Positions 47,901 to 51,391 of a stretch of DNA of 51,391 nt are shown piece by piece (position 1 is the first letter of the stretch; each line of letters begins with the position of its first letter). The notes beneath the pieces are model-generated. The model was given only the letters and a program-made list of their open reading frames with translations, did not search any database and was not told the DNA's origin. The DNA lies in NCBI GenBank assembly GCA_039679675.1, contig JBDKUN010000002.1:1-51391 (forward strand), written 5' to 3'. The position numbers and the translations under genes are program-made. Origin of the DNA: Armatimonadota bacterium (GTDB lineage Bacteria; Armatimonadota; UBA5829; DTLH01).

Positions 47901-48052
47901 TTCTGCTATTCCTAATACCGTCCACCATATTAAGCAGGTGGTAGTGATTCCAATAGTTTTATACCCATTATCTATGATTAGTAATCATAACTGATTATTC
48001 TGTTTTATTGTGTCGGTAATTATGCTGACACCAACAATTAGTGAGGATTATT

Positions 48053-48934
48053 ATGAGTCTCGATCATATAAGAAATAAAGACCTCCTCGGCGCGGGGACA
48101 CGTTTCGACAAGGAAGCCATAACCCCTGCGGCTGATAGCCAGAAAGGGGTTATGGACGTTATTAGTTTGGGGAGGCATACGGCTTACCTCGAACGGAACG
48201 CCAACTTGCTTTTAGTCTTCTTCCTTATGGAAGGCGAGGAGTTGTCCTATCGTGAGGAAGTCCACTATGGACAGTTAGCAAGCCAAGGTTGGGTCTTCCC
48301 CGTTGTGGTATGGGGGCAGCCTCCTGACAGTGTAAGCGCTGTCCAAGTGTTTGATAAGGACGGTAAGCAGCTAAAGAAAGCAGCAGGACGCAAGGAACTC
48401 CGCGCCATAACGGAGAGTTGGTGGGGACGTGCCAACGCAGGACGCCCGCGCTTGCTTGCGGAACCCCGCCGTGTGGTTATACTCTCCAACGACCCTCCTC
48501 CAATCCGAAACACGCCGCCCGCCGAGTGGGATTTTATAAGCCTCCTCGGCAGTTTCCTTGGTGGGAAGGTTCACGCGAAGGATATAGACGGCGGCTGTAT
48601 CGCCGGGGGCCACGTGGTCATTATTGAGGAGAAGCAACTGGCAGAACTCGATACTGCGACGAAGATAGCCTTCGAGAAACTTTCGTACGGGCAACCGTTC
48701 GTTGGGTTTGGCGTGCTTCAGCCGCCAGGCTTGCAGCCTAAAGTGCTGAGGTATACGGAAGGGAACCCCTCAAAGAAGGTAGACTACTCTATAACGAAGC
48801 TTTTGATTGGGATACAGTATACATTCGAACGTATTTTAGAAAAAGTAAGGAAACTGCTTGCCGTCGCCCATTTGCGGGAGGAAATGAAGATCAGGGAGAG
48901 GATAGAATATAAGGTAAAACGTAGGGGGCAGTAG
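48053..48934 (+). CDS. Hypothetical protein, putative PD-(D/E)XK nuclease fold
   Basis: C-terminal half has DIDG...VIIEEK; GAGGA SD before ATG 48053. Confidence 0.55.
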   Translation: MSLDHIRNKDLLGAGTRFDKEAITPAADSQKGVMDVISLGRHTAYLERNANLLLVFFLMEGEELSYREEVHYGQLASQGWVFPVVVWGQPPDSVSAVQVFDKDGKQLKKAAGRKELRAITESWWGRANAGRPRLLAEPRRVVILSNDPPPIRNTPPAEWDFISLLGSFLGGKVHAKDIDGGCIAGGHVVIIEEKQLAELDTATKIAFEKLSYGQPFVGFGVLQPPGLQPKVLRYTEGNPSKKVDYSITKLLIGIQYTFERILEKVRKLLAVAHLREEMKIRERIEYKVKRRGQ

Positions 48935-49090
48935 CACCTTCTGCTTATAGTTACAAATCTTGTTTGCCATTGCACGAAATGACGATTCCTAGACTTGAGG
49001 TAAGTTTACGAGGGTGTCTTGATAATAAAGATATTATAGGATAATTGCGGGATTAAATTATCCCTGAGGTTGTTCTGAATTTGGTAAAGC

Positions 49091-49504
49091 TTACTGGAGA
49101 TATTCGGTAATTCTTTTTACTGTTGCCTGCACCCGTGCCTCAGAACTCAACTCGCATTCCCAGACGGCAACTACCCGCCAGCCCAATTGAATGGCTTTTT
49201 GGTCGTTTTGCAGATCACGCTTGCGGGTTGCCTCAAGTTTGGGCGTCCAATAGTCCTGATTGCTTTTCGGAATATGGCCGTCGATACAATCGTGCCCGTG
49301 CCAGAAGCACCCTCTTACTTGGATAATAGCGCGGTATTTGGGTAGCACAATGTCAGGCTTACCGGGCAATCGTTTATCGTGCAGACGGTATCTGTATCCT
49401 AACTTGTGCAGTGCCTTTCGCAGCTTTATTTCTGGGGCCGTATCATTTGACGTAATCTTCCTCATTACAGACGAACGTTTTTCGACAGTGAATATATCCG
49501 TCAT
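49091..49504 (-). CDS. vsr: Very short patch repair endonuclease
   Basis: MTDIFT..KRS..M, DTAPE, LPGKPDIV, GCFWHGH, GWRV..VWEC; start overlaps the methylase stop. Confidence 0.95.
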   Translation of the reverse strand: MTDIFTVEKRSSVMRKITSNDTAPEIKLRKALHKLGYRYRLHDKRLPGKPDIVLPKYRAIIQVRGCFWHGHDCIDGHIPKSNQDYWTPKLEATRKRDLQNDQKAIQLGWRVVAVWECELSSEARVQATVKRITEYLQ

Positions 49505-50604
49505 AGTTGGAGTTCCAAACTTCTCTTGATAGACTCTGCTAACCTAAACGCTAATTCTGGCGGGACAGCTTCGCTAACTAGCCTTATTTGTGCCGACATA
49601 TTGCCAGTAAGCCTGTATGTTTTTGGAAAAGTCTGTAGTAACATTGCTTCATAGACACTTAACCGCCTATGGCCATTTGGGTGCACGTGCACTTCCCGGT
49701 GGCCATAGGCTACCGTCCAACTTGGCTTATCCCAATAAAGTGTTCGAAAACTTCGCCCATACATTTGCCCTTCCTTGAGACAATTTCCACTGCTGAATTT
49801 TGCCGAACGGGGCACTAGACACCAGTGGTTTGGGTGCACAGCGAATTTATCAGGATTCAGGCCAGGTGCATTGAATACTGGTTCGGGAAGGCCTGAAATC
49901 GTGTCTCTGACAGTTGAAATCTTATCCGATATTTCCGGGGGAATCCATTCACAACCTGGATTAAGTTCTTGGTTTATTCCTACGATAATTATACGGTTCC
50001 GTTCCTGCGGGACTCCAAAATATTTTGCGTCTAACAGTTTCTCATATATTTGGAACCCGGCATTCATAAACATTTCTTTGAACATTGCATACCGGTGCTT
50101 GTGCCTTTTACCCAGAAGTCCAGGCACATTCTCAAAGACAAAGAAAGATATTGGATACCTCTTGTTTAGTGCTGCCAGCAATGACGCATAGGCTTCAGGT
50201 AGGTTGTTTCTAGGATCATTGTCGGATTGGTGCACATTGGAGACGCTGAAACTTTGGCATGGGGGGCCACCCAAGACTGCGAATGGGTGAAACTCACTCC
50301 CATAAATAGTATCTAGGTCATTGACAGTCAGCGACCTAATATCTCTAACATTTGCCAGCGCGTTAGGGTGGTTCAACCGGAATGTATTAACACAATCTAG
50401 GTCATTATCTATTGCCAAGGCTGTTGAAAATCCGGCGCAGCGAAAACCTTCGTCTAATCCACCAGGGCCGCAGAAGAGGCTTAACAGCTGATTGTTTTTC
50501 CCTTTTGCCTTGTGGAAATCTACGACTGAAACAGTATTCTTCTGGACGTCACACAAAGGTATATTGCTAAGGATTCCGCCCTTTTCCACAACCACATTAC
50601 TCAT
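49501..50604 (-). CDS. DNA (cytosine-5)-methyltransferase
   Basis: LFCGPGG, GGPPCQSFS, FENVPG, GVPQERNR, RRLSVYEA..LQTFP, AVPP motifs. Confidence 0.95.
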   Translation of the reverse strand: MSNVVVEKGGILSNIPLCDVQKNTVSVVDFHKAKGKNNQLLSLFCGPGGLDEGFRCAGFSTALAIDNDLDCVNTFRLNHPNALANVRDIRSLTVNDLDTIYGSEFHPFAVLGGPPCQSFSVSNVHQSDNDPRNNLPEAYASLLAALNKRYPISFFVFENVPGLLGKRHKHRYAMFKEMFMNAGFQIYEKLLDAKYFGVPQERNRIIIVGINQELNPGCEWIPPEISDKISTVRDTISGLPEPVFNAPGLNPDKFAVHPNHWCLVPRSAKFSSGNCLKEGQMYGRSFRTLYWDKPSWTVAYGHREVHVHPNGHRRLSVYEAMLLQTFPKTYRLTGNMSAQIRLVSEAVPPELAFRLAESIKRSLELQL

Positions 50605-50698
50605 AACGATATGATACTTGACAGCCTATTCGTGGTCAAGAGACCAGCCATTGACAAGCCTGCCTGCTTCGGCTAAATTTGACGGAGAGGTGGCAGCT

Positions 50699-51217
50699 AT
50701 GGCAAAAGACGGCAAAAGAGGGCTTTACGAGGTTCACCGTGCAATTCTTGCGGTACTGCAAGTTAATACGAATGGGATTGATATGCACGGGATTATGAAA
50801 GCTGTCGGCCCGCCACACTCTTTGAATCCGCAGTTTAACAGGAGAGTGCGCGAATTATACCCTCATTACATAATTGATAGGCGGCAGGTTGACGGAAAAA
50901 CCTGCTACTTCTACATAGGCCCGCGTCCAGAAGGCAGCTGGGATTATGACAATATCTCTAAGACAGATAGGGCCAGAATACTGCACCGTGATAAAAGCCG
51001 TTGCCAAATGTGCGGGCGAACAGCAACAGAAGACGGTGTGAAGCTGCACGTTGACCACAAGATTCCAAGAGAGTGGGGCGGCCCTACGAAAGACGACCGA
51101 AACCTCTGGACACTTTGTTCAGATTGCAATGAAGGAAAGAAGAATTATTTCAAGACATTTGACGATACACTTATGCGGCGTCTTTTTTCCATTCAATCTG
51201 TCCATGAGTGTCAATAG
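50699..51217 (+). pseudogene. HNH restriction-type endonuclease, 3'-truncated by an IS21 insertion
   Basis: RCQMCG...LHVDHKIP...NLWTLCSDCNEGK; last two codons and stop come from the IS end at 51209; promoter TTGACA-17-TAAATT from 50651. Confidence 0.75.
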
Positions 51218-51391
51218 GCATTGAAAATTGACCCACCATCGGCGTCGAAAATTGACCCACCTCAAGTGGCTATTTTGTTGTAGAATTCCTGGTCTTTATC
51301 CTCCAGCTATCATTGCCGGTCTCGATGATTTCGCAGTGGTGGGTGACCCGGTCAAGGAGGGCAGTAGTCATCTTGGAGTCCCCGAAGACCT
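51209..51391 (-). mobile_element. IS21-family insertion sequence, terminal region
   Basis: Terminus TGTCAAT, repeated GAAAATTGACCCACC (51223, 51247), followed by the istB 3' end. Confidence 0.9.
51270..51391 (-). CDS. istB: IS21 helper ATPase IstB, C-terminal fragment
   Basis: Own translation [30 protein letters not shown]. Confidence 0.9.
   Translation of the reverse strand, partial: VFGDSKMTTALLDRVTHHCEIIETGNDSWRIKTRNSTTK

Larger units (their letters stand above)
41470..51391. mobile_element. Phage-satellite-like (PICI/P4-type) integrative element in tRNA-Pro; right end beyond the window
   Basis: att fragment, integrase, divergent regulator/HTH, Prim-Pol-D5 primase, iteron origin, TerS-like gene, RM cargo; no virion genes seen. 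Confidence 0.8.

Noticed and set aside
1..51391. CRISPR array, retron, group II intron or rRNA
   Set aside because: No regularly spaced repeat-spacer array, cas gene, reverse transcriptase motif or rRNA-like sequence seen by eye.

Overview
Bacterial chromosomal window, probably from a diderm Terrabacteria lineage such as Armatimonadota. This is an inference from the lnt and porin genes, a prepilin/DUF1559-type protein, an FGE-domain surface protein and GAAC-N4-GTnC SOS boxes. Two tRNA-integrated mobile elements bracket a core segment. LEFT (1-~4790): end of a prophage or ICE-like element integrated at tRNA-Ser(TGA), with an ERF-like annealing protein, small early genes, an excisionase-like HTH, a Cro-like/XRE repressor switch with TGACTA-N8-TAGTCA operators, an ImmA/IrrE protease, an exported protein and a tyrosine integrase. 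CORE (4.9-41.4 kb): recA plus a Rad52-like gene, pdxST, lnt, prfC, ahcY, a GH38 mannosidase, rpmA/rplU/rne, a radical SAM fusion, a metal ABC operon with a porin-like gene and a CxxC/RAPP leader ORF, and tandem membrane-protein paralogs. RIGHT (41470-end): a phage-satellite-like island starting at a displaced tRNA-Pro 3' fragment. It carries an integrase, a divergent regulator/MerR-HTH pair, a Prim-Pol/D5 primase-helicase, an iteron origin, a DUF5681/TerS-like gene with an in-frame TGA, a putative tandem PD-(D/E)XK protein, and a Vsr-Dcm-HNH restriction-modification module whose nuclease is cut by an IS21 element. Best leads: the satellite and its defence cargo, twin structured RNA elements in the prophage lysogeny module, the RAPP leader plus SD-occluding hairpin ahead of the metal uptake operon, and a replaced 3' end of the mannosidase gene. 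All calls come from reading the sequence; no database searches were run.
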